A DNA stretch of 44,911 bases from contig JAWOBN010000036.1 of assembly GCA_046484245.1 (NCBI GenBank), forward strand, positions 1-44,911. The letters are read 5' to 3'. Shown one piece after another: positions 9,409-18,569 of the stretch (positions are counted from its first letter, which is position 1; each line of letters opens with the position of its first letter). The notes beneath the pieces are model-generated. The model was given only the letters and a program-made list of their open reading frames with translations, had not been told where the DNA came from and searched no databases. The position numbers were made by a program, and so were the translations under genes. This DNA is from a bacterium. Lineage in GTDB: Bacteria; Hydrothermota; 32-111.

Positions 9409-9445
9409 ATGATGGCTATAGATTTATATAATACAAATGTTATAC

Positions 9446-9473
9446 TTGACATTGATTTCTATACTTCTATAAT
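9446..9473 (+). promoter_or_regulatory. Consensus sigma70 promoter for glyQS (TTGACA-16bp-TATAAT)
   Basis: Perfect hexamers at 9446-9451 and 9468-9473, followed by AAGGAG RBS and ATG 9500. Confidence 0.8.
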
Positions 9474-9499
9474 AAATCTTTTGAAAATAAGGAGATATA

Positions 9500-10345
9500 A
9501 TGAATTTTCAGGATATGATACGACATCTTGAGGAATACTGGGCAAATATGGACTGTGTGATACTCCAGCCGTATAATTCAGAGGTGGGGGCAGGCACTTT
9601 CAATCCAGCTACTTTCCTCAGGGTGCTGGACAATGATGATTGGAGAACAGCATATCTTGAAATATCCAAGAGGCCCAAAGACGGCAGATACGGGGAGAAT
9701 CCCAACAGAATGCAGCAATTCTATCAGTATCAGGTTGTTATTCAGCCTGCACCGGATAATATTCAGGATATATACATAAAGTCACTTGAGGCAATTGGTA
9801 TTGAAACCCAAAAACATGACATAAGATTTGTTGAAGATGACTGGGAATCACCGACACTGGGGGCAAAGGGCCTCGGATGGGAAGTATGGCTGGACGGCAT
9901 GGAGATAACGCAGTTCACATATTTTCAGCAGATGGCTTCAATGAAAATAGAGAATGTGCCTGTGGAGCTAACTTACGGGCTTGAGCGCATAGCAATGTTT
10001 ATTCAGCAGAAGAACAGTGTGCAGGAACTGCAGTGGTCAGACAGTATGAAATGGTCTGATGTAATGCTGGAGTCCGAGAAGCAGTTCTGTATATTCAATT
10101 TTGATGAGGCTGACACTGAGTATATAAGAGAGCAGTTTGAAAAAAATGAGAGTGAAGTGAAGCGCCTGCTTGACAAAGACCTTGTTTATCCTGCATATGA
10201 TTATCTTATAAAGGCGACACATGCATTCAATCTTCTGGATGCGCGCGGTGCAGTTTCACCCAAGGAGAGGCAGGGTTATATAAAGAGAATAAGGGATCTG
10301 GCGCGGGCAACAGCAAAACAGCATACAAGGGACAATGATGAGTGA
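9500..10345 (+). CDS. glyQ: Glycine--tRNA ligase alpha subunit
   Basis: EVGAGTFNPATFLR, RPKDGRYGENPNR, FVEDDWESPTLGA.GLGWEVWLDGMEITQFTYFQQ, ELTYGLER. Confidence 0.98.
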   Translation: MNFQDMIRHLEEYWANMDCVILQPYNSEVGAGTFNPATFLRVLDNDDWRTAYLEISKRPKDGRYGENPNRMQQFYQYQVVIQPAPDNIQDIYIKSLEAIGIETQKHDIRFVEDDWESPTLGAKGLGWEVWLDGMEITQFTYFQQMASMKIENVPVELTYGLERIAMFIQQKNSVQELQWSDSMKWSDVMLESEKQFCIFNFDEADTEYIREQFEKNESEVKRLLDKDLVYPAYDYLIKATHAFNLLDARGAVSPKERQGYIKRIRDLARATAKQHTRDNDE

Positions 10346-12458
10346 TATTCTCTTTGAACTGGGCTTTGAGGAATTGCCTGTTGATGAGATAACAAATCTC
10401 TATAATCATATTGAAAAGAATCTTAAATATATGCTTAAAGAAGAAAAATATGACATTATACCTACTAAAAATCTTCAGATATTCCAGACACCGCGGCGCC
10501 TCGTAGTATATCTGAAAGATATTCCTGAGAATACAGAGGAGGAAACAGTTGAGATGAAGGGTCCGCCTGAGAATATATTCTATGCAGGCGGGAAGGTCAG
10601 TCCTCAGGGCATGGGTTTTCTCAAATCCAAGGGACTCACTGAGGATGATATTGAAGTAAGGGACGGATTTGTCTATTACTCTCAGCCGGAGGGCGGGGAA
10701 AGGACAACAGATATTTTAAGCAGTATATTGAAGGAATTACTCTCATCTGTGCCATTTAATAAGACAATGACATGGCCGGGCAGTGATATAAGATTTTCAA
10801 GGCCTGTAAGATGGATACTCTTTATGGAAGATAATGCAGTTACTGATTTTGAGTTTGCAGGTATCAAGTCAGGCAATAAAACATACTCCAACAGGACAGC
10901 AGGCAGTGAGGAGCTTATTATCAAGTCTGCTGATATTGATGCCTTCAGGACAATACTTGAAGAAAATCATGTGATGCTGTCAGAATTTATTGACGGGGGT
11001 AAAAGGTATATTGCAATAACAGAGCAGATAAAAGAGTATAATGATAATTCAGATAATGAAATTCAGCCAACTCAAAGATCAGAACTCATTATAGAAAATT
11101 CCCTGCTTACTGAGTGGCCTGTTCTGATAACCGGTGAGTTTGACAAACGCTTTCTCAATCTCCCGGCTCCTATTCTTGCAACTGCAATGAGGCAGCATCA
11201 GCGCTATTTTGCTGTATTTGACCAGCAAGAGCAATTGACAAATCAATTTGCATTAATTTCAAATAATCCCAATGCGGATGAGAATTCACAGAAGATGAAT
11301 CATCAGAGGGTCCTATCTGCCAGGCTTGAGGATGCTGAATTCTATTTTAATAATGATATGAAGAAAACTCTGGATGATTACTCCGATATGCTTGATGATA
11401 TTGTCTATTTCAGGAATCTCGGCACTTACAGTGATAAAATTAAACGGATTTCAGGTATTGCCTCTCATATTGAAGATATGATATATGGTGAAAGCAGGAC
11501 AGACTGGAATGAACTGGCTATTATTGCCAAATTTGATATTGCAACAGATATGATAAAGGACGGCAAGGAGTTCACAAAACTGCAGGGCACAATCGGCTAT
11601 CATTATGCACTTGAAATGGGAATAGAAGAAGATAGGGCAATTGTAGCCCGCGGGCATTATAAACCGGCAGTAAAAGGCAGCTCACTGCCTGATGATGACA
11701 AAAGCAGGATACTCTCAATTGCAGACAAGATTGATGCCATTGCTGGGGCATACATAGCAGGGTACAGACCGACAGGTTCAAAGGACATCATGGGTGTGCG
11801 CCAGGCATCACTTGCACTCATATACATGATGTATGAACTGGGCAGGGAAAATGACAGATGGTCTATTGATATTGCCGGTATTATTAAATTTGCTTACTCA
11901 CAATTTGACAGTAATGAGCATTTTAGTGAACTGATTGAATACATGAGAACAAGACTTCAGAACTATCTCTCCAATGAGCAGAATATAAGCCCCGATATTA
12001 TCAGATGCGTAACAGGGACTCATGAGTTGACCATTGATGCAATTCTCAAAAAAGCAATCAACATACAGTATCAGAAAAGAGATAATGCAGATGATTTCAG
12101 GACAATGGTGACAGGTCTCAAGCGCGTAAACAATATTCTCAAGGAGTATGAACCGGATAAACCTCTTTCAGAGGATATGCTGAAGGATTCATATTCAAAG
12201 GAACTGCTTGAAAAGGCAATTGAGATTGAAGAGAAGAACAAAGAGATATATGCTGATAATAAATACACTGAAGCACTGGACAATCTGCTTGAACTGAGAA
12301 AACCGATAGATGATTTCTTTGACAATGTTATGGTGATGGACAAGGACATCAAGATAAGGGAATTGCGTCTCAGCCTGCTTTACCGAGTCAGAGAAGTATT
12401 CAGTCAATTCGGGGACTTTTCCGAAATTGTTTTTGATGATGATAATGGTGACGAATAA
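10338..12458 (+). CDS. glyS: Glycine--tRNA ligase beta subunit
   Basis: LFELGFEELP, TPRRL, FSRPVRWI, RVLSARLEDAEFYF, EFTKLQG, ADKID, IDDFFDNVMVM; overlaps glyQ (ATG 10335 or 10338). Confidence 0.96.
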   Translation: MSDILFELGFEELPVDEITNLYNHIEKNLKYMLKEEKYDIIPTKNLQIFQTPRRLVVYLKDIPENTEEETVEMKGPPENIFYAGGKVSPQGMGFLKSKGLTEDDIEVRDGFVYYSQPEGGERTTDILSSILKELLSSVPFNKTMTWPGSDIRFSRPVRWILFMEDNAVTDFEFAGIKSGNKTYSNRTAGSEELIIKSADIDAFRTILEENHVMLSEFIDGGKRYIAITEQIKEYNDNSDNEIQPTQRSELIIENSLLTEWPVLITGEFDKRFLNLPAPILATAMRQHQRYFAVFDQQEQLTNQFALISNNPNADENSQKMNHQRVLSARLEDAEFYFNNDMKKTLDDYSDMLDDIVYFRNLGTYSDKIKRISGIASHIEDMIYGESRTDWNELAIIAKFDIATDMIKDGKEFTKLQGTIGYHYALEMGIEEDRAIVARGHYKPAVKGSSLPDDDKSRILSIADKIDAIAGAYIAGYRPTGSKDIMGVRQASLALIYMMYELGRENDRWSIDIAGIIKFAYSQFDSNEHFSELIEYMRTRLQNYLSNEQNISPDIIRCVTGTHELTIDAILKKAINIQYQKRDNADDFRTMVTGLKRVNNILKEYEPDKPLSEDMLKDSYSKELLEKAIEIEEKNKEIYADNKYTEALDNLLELRKPIDDFFDNVMVMDKDIKIRELRLSLLYRVREVFSQFGDFSEIVFDDDNGDE

Positions 12459-12460
12459 TA

Positions 12461-12488
12461 TTGACACCTCAATCTGATAATCTATAAT
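12461..12488 (+). promoter_or_regulatory. Consensus sigma70 promoter (TTGACA-16bp-TATAAT) heading the 12515-24126 gene run
   Basis: Perfect hexamers at 12461-12466 and 12483-12488; AAGGAG RBS before ATG 12515. Confidence 0.8.
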
Positions 12489-12514
12489 AAAAAGTTAAAC
12501 AGCAAAGGAGAATA

Positions 12515-13483
12515 ATGCGTCTTCCAAGAGGCAAGGCATTGCTTGAAAATACCAATATAGACTTTATCAATTTTGATAAAATACTGAATGCAGGCAAGAG
12601 AGAACGCTCGCATAAGATAAACGGCTACATATCCCTCATCTACCCGCAGGATGTTGATATTATATTCCTCTCACTGGGAGAGCCCTATTCAGCTGTCCGT
12701 TTCAAGGCAGCAAAGAAGAGTCAGCTGGCAATAACCGATGCAATCAACAGGGCAAAAGACAGTGATGTGGGCATAATCAATATTTATGAGATTCCCGAGG
12801 AACTGGTCCTCATTGTCAATTCCACACTGCACAATGACCCTGTGTTTGAACTGAAATCCGCTTCAGAGATGATGCCTGAGAAAATGATGACTCAAATGGC
12901 AAAGGACAAGATCAATGGTTTCCTTGAAATAAAGAAGGGACCGGAACTGTTCTATGCAATTCTGGAGAATGGCATGCCCAATAGGGGGTATTTTGCAGAT
13001 AAACTCAATGTGAAAATCAGCCCCCAGATTCTGCTGAAGATTCTCAAGGCAACTGCCAATGACGGTTCCCCGGTACTGTATTCAATGTATGACAAAATGC
13101 CGCAGAAGATAGAGCAGGTCACACCTGCACTCAATCAGCTGCTCTTGAAGAGCATTAATTCCATTATTGTGGAATTCGCATCCTCATACGGTCCGACATT
13201 TGCCAAGAAGGGGCTCAGGCTGGCAAAATCGCATATTGATGATGAGTATGAATTCATGCAGACATACACTTTCAATTCCCTGGAACTGCAGGGTGATGCA
13301 ATTGCACCAAAGGATGAATTCGTCAAGGCATTTGCTGAATTTGTCAACAGATTCATGAAGACATATGACGGCATATGCCCGGATGAGGCAAAGAAGCGTC
13401 TGTTCAAGGAAGCTTTGAAGGATTTCCGGTTTGCTCTCAAATCCGCCAACTTCTTCAATTACACATTATTCAAGGATGAATAG
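12515..13483 (+). CDS. Hypothetical protein with two internally repeated PATAN/DUF4388-like segments
   Basis: Strong RBS; repeat KINGYISLIY..IIFLSLGEP / KINGFLEIKK..AILENGMP; domain assignment is tentative. Confidence 0.6.
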   Translation: MRLPRGKALLENTNIDFINFDKILNAGKRERSHKINGYISLIYPQDVDIIFLSLGEPYSAVRFKAAKKSQLAITDAINRAKDSDVGIINIYEIPEELVLIVNSTLHNDPVFELKSASEMMPEKMMTQMAKDKINGFLEIKKGPELFYAILENGMPNRGYFADKLNVKISPQILLKILKATANDGSPVLYSMYDKMPQKIEQVTPALNQLLLKSINSIIVEFASSYGPTFAKKGLRLAKSHIDDEYEFMQTYTFNSLELQGDAIAPKDEFVKAFAEFVNRFMKTYDGICPDEAKKRLFKEALKDFRFALKSANFFNYTLFKDE

Positions 13484-14147
13484 TTTTTATCTTATACCAA
13501 CCCCAATAGGCAATTTGAAGGATATAACCCTCCGTGCACTGGAGGTATTGAAGAGCCTTGATTTTCTTGTCTGCGAGGATACAAGGACTGCCGGGCGTCT
13601 CCTCAAGCATTTTGATATCAGAATTGACAATCTCATTTCCTTTAATGACTATAATAAGAAGAAGAGAACACCCGGCGTGCTGGCGGATGTTCTCAGCGGC
13701 CTTGAAGGAGGCCTTATCTCTGAATCAGGAAGCCCCTGTATCTCAGACCCCGGATTTTATCTTGTAAGAGCATTGATTGAGAACAATATAACAGTTGTGC
13801 CTCTGCCCGGGCCTGCAGCATTGACAACAGGCATAATGGCTTCAGGTCTCCCCACTGATTCCTTTGTATTCACGGGATTCCTGTCAAAGAAGAAGGGGAA
13901 GAGAGTGAGGGAACTGGAAAGAGTTATGTCAATGAAAAGGACTGCAGTAATCTATGAGTCCCCGTACAGAATAGATTCAACACTGGAAATAATTGCAGGC
14001 ATTGATCCTGACAGGCAGACAGTAATAGCAAGGGAGATGACAAAGATATATGAAGAATTCATAAGGGGCACTGCCGAGGATGTTCTGAAAAATAGGTGGA
14101 CCAGGAAAGGCGAAATTGTGCTTATGATTGAAGGGGACAGGAAATGA
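13476..14147 (+). CDS. rsmI: 16S rRNA (cytidine1402-2'-O)-methyltransferase
   Basis: YLIPTPIGNLKDITLRA, CEDTR, GSPCISDPG, FTGFL, YESPYRI, AREMTKIYEEF, KGEIVL. Confidence 0.95.
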   Translation: MNSFYLIPTPIGNLKDITLRALEVLKSLDFLVCEDTRTAGRLLKHFDIRIDNLISFNDYNKKKRTPGVLADVLSGLEGGLISESGSPCISDPGFYLVRALIENNITVVPLPGPAALTTGIMASGLPTDSFVFTGFLSKKKGKRVRELERVMSMKRTAVIYESPYRIDSTLEIIAGIDPDRQTVIAREMTKIYEEFIRGTAEDVLKNRWTRKGEIVLMIEGDRK

Positions 14148-14731
14148 TACCCCTGAGAATAAAGAATGCCGGGAGGGCGCTGCTTTCACCCATTGTTGAG
14201 CTCCTCATTAGAATGAAGATAACCCCCAATATAATCACCTCTTTCGGCCTGATTATATCACTGGGTGCAGGTGTGCTTTACGGCACCGGATATTTCAGAC
14301 TGGGTGCTGCTGTCCTGATAATCGGTTCTGTGTTTGACACCTTTGACGGCATGATAGCAAGAAAGACAAACAATGTGACGAGTTTCGGTGCATTCTATGA
14401 TTCTGTTTCAGACAGGTTCAATGAGTTCTTTACTCTGGGCGGTATTGCCTATTTCTACCTGCATTCCGGTATCACCGGAATCTATCTTTACTGTGTATTC
14501 GCTTCACTCTTTTTCTCTATTATGGTGAGTTATGTCAGGGCAAGGGGAGAGGGTGCGGGAGCCCGTGTCACAAAGGGTCTCATGACACGCGTGGAGCGTG
14601 TTATCTATATTATTATCATATCCTTTTTACCATTGAATTATTTCAATTATATGATAATATTATTTACCATCTTGACTTTTATAACTGTATTTGAAAGAAT
14701 AATACGTATCAAAATACTATTAAGGAGGTAA
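14144..14731 (+). CDS. CDP-alcohol phosphatidyltransferase, PIP/archaetidylinositol-phosphate synthase-like
   Basis: [15 protein letters not shown]......[11 protein letters not shown] signature, [17 protein letters not shown]; adjacent to inositol-1-P synthase. Confidence 0.88.
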   Translation: MIPLRIKNAGRALLSPIVELLIRMKITPNIITSFGLIISLGAGVLYGTGYFRLGAAVLIIGSVFDTFDGMIARKTNNVTSFGAFYDSVSDRFNEFFTLGGIAYFYLHSGITGIYLYCVFASLFFSIMVSYVRARGEGAGARVTKGLMTRVERVIYIIIISFLPLNYFNYMIILFTILTFITVFERIIRIKILLRR

Positions 14732-14735
14732 ACTG

Positions 14736-15833
14736 ATGGCTAAGAAAATACGTGTAGGTATAATAGGGGTAGGCAACTGTGCTTCCTCACTTGTACAGGG
14801 TGTGGAATTCTACAAGAATGCCAATGAGGATGATTTTGTACCCGGGCTTATGCATGTTAATTTCGGAGGATATCATATCAGGGATATTGAATTCTCATGC
14901 GCTATTGATATCAATAAGACAAAAGTCGGCAAGGATCTTTCAGAGGCAATCTATGCACATCCCAACAATACCTATAAATTCCATGATGTGCCCAATCTCG
15001 GCGTCAAGGTTGAAAGGGGCATGACACATGACGGAATAGGGAAATATCTCTCTGATGTTATTGAGAAAGCTCCCGGTTCAACTGCTGATCTGGTCTCCAT
15101 ACTCAAAGACACAAAAACGGATGTAGTGATAAATTATCTTCCTGTAGGCAGTGAAGAAGCAACAAAGTGGTATGTGGAACAGGCACTTCAGGCTGATGTT
15201 GCATTCATCAATGCCATACCTGTTTTTATCGCCAGTTCTGATTACTGGGCAAACAGGTTCAAGGAAAAGGGACTGCCGATAATCGGTGATGATATCAAAT
15301 CACAGGTTGGAGCAACAATAACCCACAGGGTTCTCACCAATCTCTTCATTGACAGGGGAGTGCGTCTTGAGAGGACCTCACAGCTCAATGTGGGCGGCAA
15401 TACGGATTTCCTCAATATGCTTGAAAGGGACAGATTGGAGTCAAAGAAGATATCCAAGACACAGGCAGTGTCATCCATTCTTCCGTATGACCTCGGTGCA
15501 GACAATATTCATATAGGCCCCAGTGATTATGTAGCATGGCTCAAAGACAGGAAATGGGCTTATATCAGGATGGAAGGGACCACATTCGGTGAGGTGCCGC
15601 TTAATCTTGAGATGAAATTAGAGGTCTGGGATTCACCCAATTCTGCAGGTGTTATTATTGATGCTGTGCGTGCAATCAAGCTTGCTCTTGACAATAATGT
15701 TGCAGGACCGCTTATTGAACCTTCATCATACTTCATGAAATCACCGCCTGTCCAATTCCCCGATTCTGTATGCAGGGACAAGACAGAGAATTTCATCAAG
15801 AAGTATTCAAAGGATAATAAAAAGAAGAAGTGA
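14736..15833 (+). CDS. ino1: myo-Inositol-1-phosphate synthase
   Basis: [69 protein letters not shown]. Confidence 0.96.
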   Translation: MAKKIRVGIIGVGNCASSLVQGVEFYKNANEDDFVPGLMHVNFGGYHIRDIEFSCAIDINKTKVGKDLSEAIYAHPNNTYKFHDVPNLGVKVERGMTHDGIGKYLSDVIEKAPGSTADLVSILKDTKTDVVINYLPVGSEEATKWYVEQALQADVAFINAIPVFIASSDYWANRFKEKGLPIIGDDIKSQVGATITHRVLTNLFIDRGVRLERTSQLNVGGNTDFLNMLERDRLESKKISKTQAVSSILPYDLGADNIHIGPSDYVAWLKDRKWAYIRMEGTTFGEVPLNLEMKLEVWDSPNSAGVIIDAVRAIKLALDNNVAGPLIEPSSYFMKSPPVQFPDSVCRDKTENFIKKYSKDNKKKK

Positions 15834-15838
15834 TTATT

Positions 15839-16447
15839 ATGGAAGGTCTGTTTATAACATTTGAAGGCATAGAAGGATGCGGGAAATCCACACAGGCTAA
15901 TCTGCTCTATGATTTCTTCCAGAGCAAGAAGATGGAGTGTATATTGACACATGAGCCTGGTGGTACGGATATATCGGAGAAAATAAGGGAGCTTCTCCTT
16001 GACAATATGAATAAGGAGATGTTCCCTTTGACTGAGCTCTTCCTGTATTTTGCAAGCAGGTCACAGCATACATCGCAGAAGATAAAGCCGGCTCTTGAAT
16101 CCGGGCAAATTGTTATATCAGACCGTTATTTTGACTCATCTATTGCATATCAGGGTGAAGGCCGTTCAATACCGAAGAAGACACTTATTGAAATAAACAA
16201 TTTTGCAACAAGCGGTCTCATCCCGCAGATAACCTTCCTCATTGATCTGCCTGTTGAAACAGGTCTGGAGCGCCTCAGCAGGAAAGACCGCATTGAAGAG
16301 GAAACAGTTGAATTTCATGACAGGGTAAGAGGCGCCTATCTGACACTTGCAAGGGAGAATCCCGAGAGGATAAAGATACTTGACGGCACTAAATCAATAG
16401 AGAATATACACAAGGAAATTGTCAATATAGTAATGAAATACATATAA
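15839..16447 (+). CDS. tmk: Thymidylate kinase
   Basis: FITFEGIEGCGKSTQ, THEPGG, SDRYFDSSIAYQG, DRIEEE. Confidence 0.96.
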   Translation: MEGLFITFEGIEGCGKSTQANLLYDFFQSKKMECILTHEPGGTDISEKIRELLLDNMNKEMFPLTELFLYFASRSQHTSQKIKPALESGQIVISDRYFDSSIAYQGEGRSIPKKTLIEINNFATSGLIPQITFLIDLPVETGLERLSRKDRIEEETVEFHDRVRGAYLTLARENPERIKILDGTKSIENIHKEIVNIVMKYI

Positions 16448-16457
16448 CGGGGGCACA

Positions 16458-18038
16458 ATGAAGAAACGCATATCCATTTTACTTCTCATATTTGTCATGG
16501 CAGTATCAGCAGTCGGCTGGTTCTATGTTGTATATGCAGGCAATGAAAAGGAAAATGAATCCGGTCTCAGCATATTCTTCAATCCCCAGATGCGGCGTTT
16601 TGTCCAGATAATGAAGATAATAGAGGAGTCCTATTACCGGGACATCAGTGAGGAAGAGATGGTGAATGCTGCTATCAAGGGTATGTTAAAGGACCTGGAC
16701 CCCCACAGTGTGTATATTCATAAGGACAATGACCTGGAGAATTTCAATATGTCCACCTCGGGAAAATTCGGAGGTATAGGATTCAGGGTGGGAATAAGAG
16801 ACGATATGATAACAGTGATTTCCCCTATTGAGAATACACCTGCATCCCGTGCAGGCATAAGAGCCGGAGACATTATAATGAAGATTGACACAGTATCTGC
16901 TGAAGGCATGGATATCAATGAGGCGGTTTCCCTGATGAGAGGCGAACCGGGCACTGATGTCACCCTGAAAATAAACAGGTTCGGGGATACTATCAATTTC
17001 AATATAGAGAGGGCAATAATCAATATCAGACCCATTCCCTATTACGGTATGATTGATGATTCCACCGGATATATAAAGGTTCTTCAGTTCTCCGACAATC
17101 TTTCAAGTGAATTTGCGGATGCAATGGATGAACTGTTCTATAAGAATAATGCAACAAGACTGATACTGGATTTGAGAAGCAATCCGGGCGGACTTCTCAA
17201 TGAAGCAATAAATATTTCCGATTTCTTCCTGCCGAAAGGACTGGAGGTTGTATCAACCCAGTCAAGGAATGAAGCAATGGAAATGTCTTTTAAGGCCACC
17301 AAACCCATTTACAAGGGTTTCTTCCCACTTGTGATACTTGTGGATCACGGCAGTGCATCTGCTTCAGAGATTGTTGCAGGCGCTGTTCAGGACTGGGACA
17401 GAGGTGTTGTCATGGGGGACACGACATACGGCAAGGGATCAGTTCAGTCCGTATATGACTTTGAGAAATACGGTGAGGATATGAGGGGAATACTGAAATT
17501 CACGACAGCCCGTTATTTTACACCATCAGGACGCTCAATTGACAGGGAGCTTATCAAATATGAGGAAACAGATCCCGATACAATTCACTATCAGTCACTG
17601 GGAGGATTGGAGAGGAGTCTCAGCGGCAATGGCGGCATTATACCGGATTATGTTTTTCAGGAGAGAAGGATCACACCTGTGGAGATCAAGATGCTTCAGG
17701 AACAGACAGCATTTGTTTTTGCTGCAAAATACATTGACAGCAATAAACCGGGCAGTGAATTTGCTTTTTCAATCCCCGAGAGTGTGATAGAACAGTATTT
17801 TGACTATGTGAGAGACCGGGATATTGATATTGATGAATTACTGTCTGACAGTGAACTCAAAGCAGATGCAATCCTGCAGCTCAAACTGGAATTTGCCAGG
17901 CAACTGGGCGGTGATGAACTGTTCTACAGAATTATGACCCGGGAGAATTACCTCATCAGAAAGAGCCGCCAGCTCCTGAAAAATTCCCCGGATACTGAAA
18001 CAATGCTTCAAAGAATTGAAGAGATGACAAAAAATTAG
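16458..18038 (+). CDS. ctpA: S41 carboxy-terminal processing protease with PDZ domain
   Basis: N-terminal TM/signal, LDPHS, FGGIG PDZ, LDLRSNPGGLL, SASASEIVAG, TYGKGSVQ, TARYFTPSGR. Confidence 0.93.
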   Translation: MKKRISILLLIFVMAVSAVGWFYVVYAGNEKENESGLSIFFNPQMRRFVQIMKIIEESYYRDISEEEMVNAAIKGMLKDLDPHSVYIHKDNDLENFNMSTSGKFGGIGFRVGIRDDMITVISPIENTPASRAGIRAGDIIMKIDTVSAEGMDINEAVSLMRGEPGTDVTLKINRFGDTINFNIERAIINIRPIPYYGMIDDSTGYIKVLQFSDNLSSEFADAMDELFYKNNATRLILDLRSNPGGLLNEAINISDFFLPKGLEVVSTQSRNEAMEMSFKATKPIYKGFFPLVILVDHGSASASEIVAGAVQDWDRGVVMGDTTYGKGSVQSVYDFEKYGEDMRGILKFTTARYFTPSGRSIDRELIKYEETDPDTIHYQSLGGLERSLSGNGGIIPDYVFQERRITPVEIKMLQEQTAFVFAAKYIDSNKPGSEFAFSIPESVIEQYFDYVRDRDIDIDELLSDSELKADAILQLKLEFARQLGGDELFYRIMTRENYLIRKSRQLLKNSPDTETMLQRIEEMTKN

Positions 18039-18041
18039 ACC

Positions 18042-18569
18042 ATGAAACTGATGTTTTCAGCACTATTTCTGTTTATTGCTTCTACTGTTGTCAGTGAAGA
18101 GATATCATGCCCCTTTGGTCTTGTCAATGATTCATTCCCCGGAGAATGCGCCCGTTATATTGATGAAGACAATGACAGTATCTGCGATTACTCGCAGATA
18201 GATGAAAACAGTGCAGGCAATGACGTGCAGTCAGGCAGTATTGATGACAAGTATCAATTAAAAATAATGCTGCCCGTCTGGTTTGCCCTGTTAATCCTCA
18301 CTATTTTCGGCAAGAGAAACAAACTGGTCAGATACAGGCATATCAATCAGTTCTGGAATTGGGTATTGCTCGGGAGCTTTTTTATTACTGCAGGTACATC
18401 CGTCCTTCTCCTGGGGGCTGAATACAGTATTATTGATCTGTGGGCAACAGAGAGCCTGTACTGGCACAATCTGGTCGGCACTGTGTTTATACTGTCTGCT
18501 GTTTCCCATATTTATCTCAAATGGAATTATTATTGGAATTGTATAAAAAGAAAAAAATGTGAGAAATAA
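18042..18569 (+). CDS. Membrane protein with N-terminal Cys motif and DUF4405-like His-containing TM pair
   Basis: Signal-like N-terminus, CPFGLVND.FPGEC..Y.D..ND.ICD motif, then 3 TM segments with WHNLVG...SHIYLKW. Confidence 0.65.
   Translation: MKLMFSALFLFIASTVVSEEISCPFGLVNDSFPGECARYIDEDNDSICDYSQIDENSAGNDVQSGSIDDKYQLKIMLPVWFALLILTIFGKRNKLVRYRHINQFWNWVLLGSFFITAGTSVLLLGAEYSIIDLWATESLYWHNLVGTVFILSAVSHIYLKWNYYWNCIKRKKCEK

Noticed and set aside
8490..9420. Target-site duplication or classical REP/REPIN array around the transposase
   Set aside because: Flanks (..CACTGTA and ATGATGG..) share no direct repeat; the only hairpin candidate (GTATCC/GGGTAC, 8499-8517) is weak and not mirrored at the right end
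14672..14700. Possible internal promoter for ino1 (TTGACT ... AAGAAT)
   Set aside because: Poor -10 match in an AT-rich TM-coding region; not distinguishable from chance
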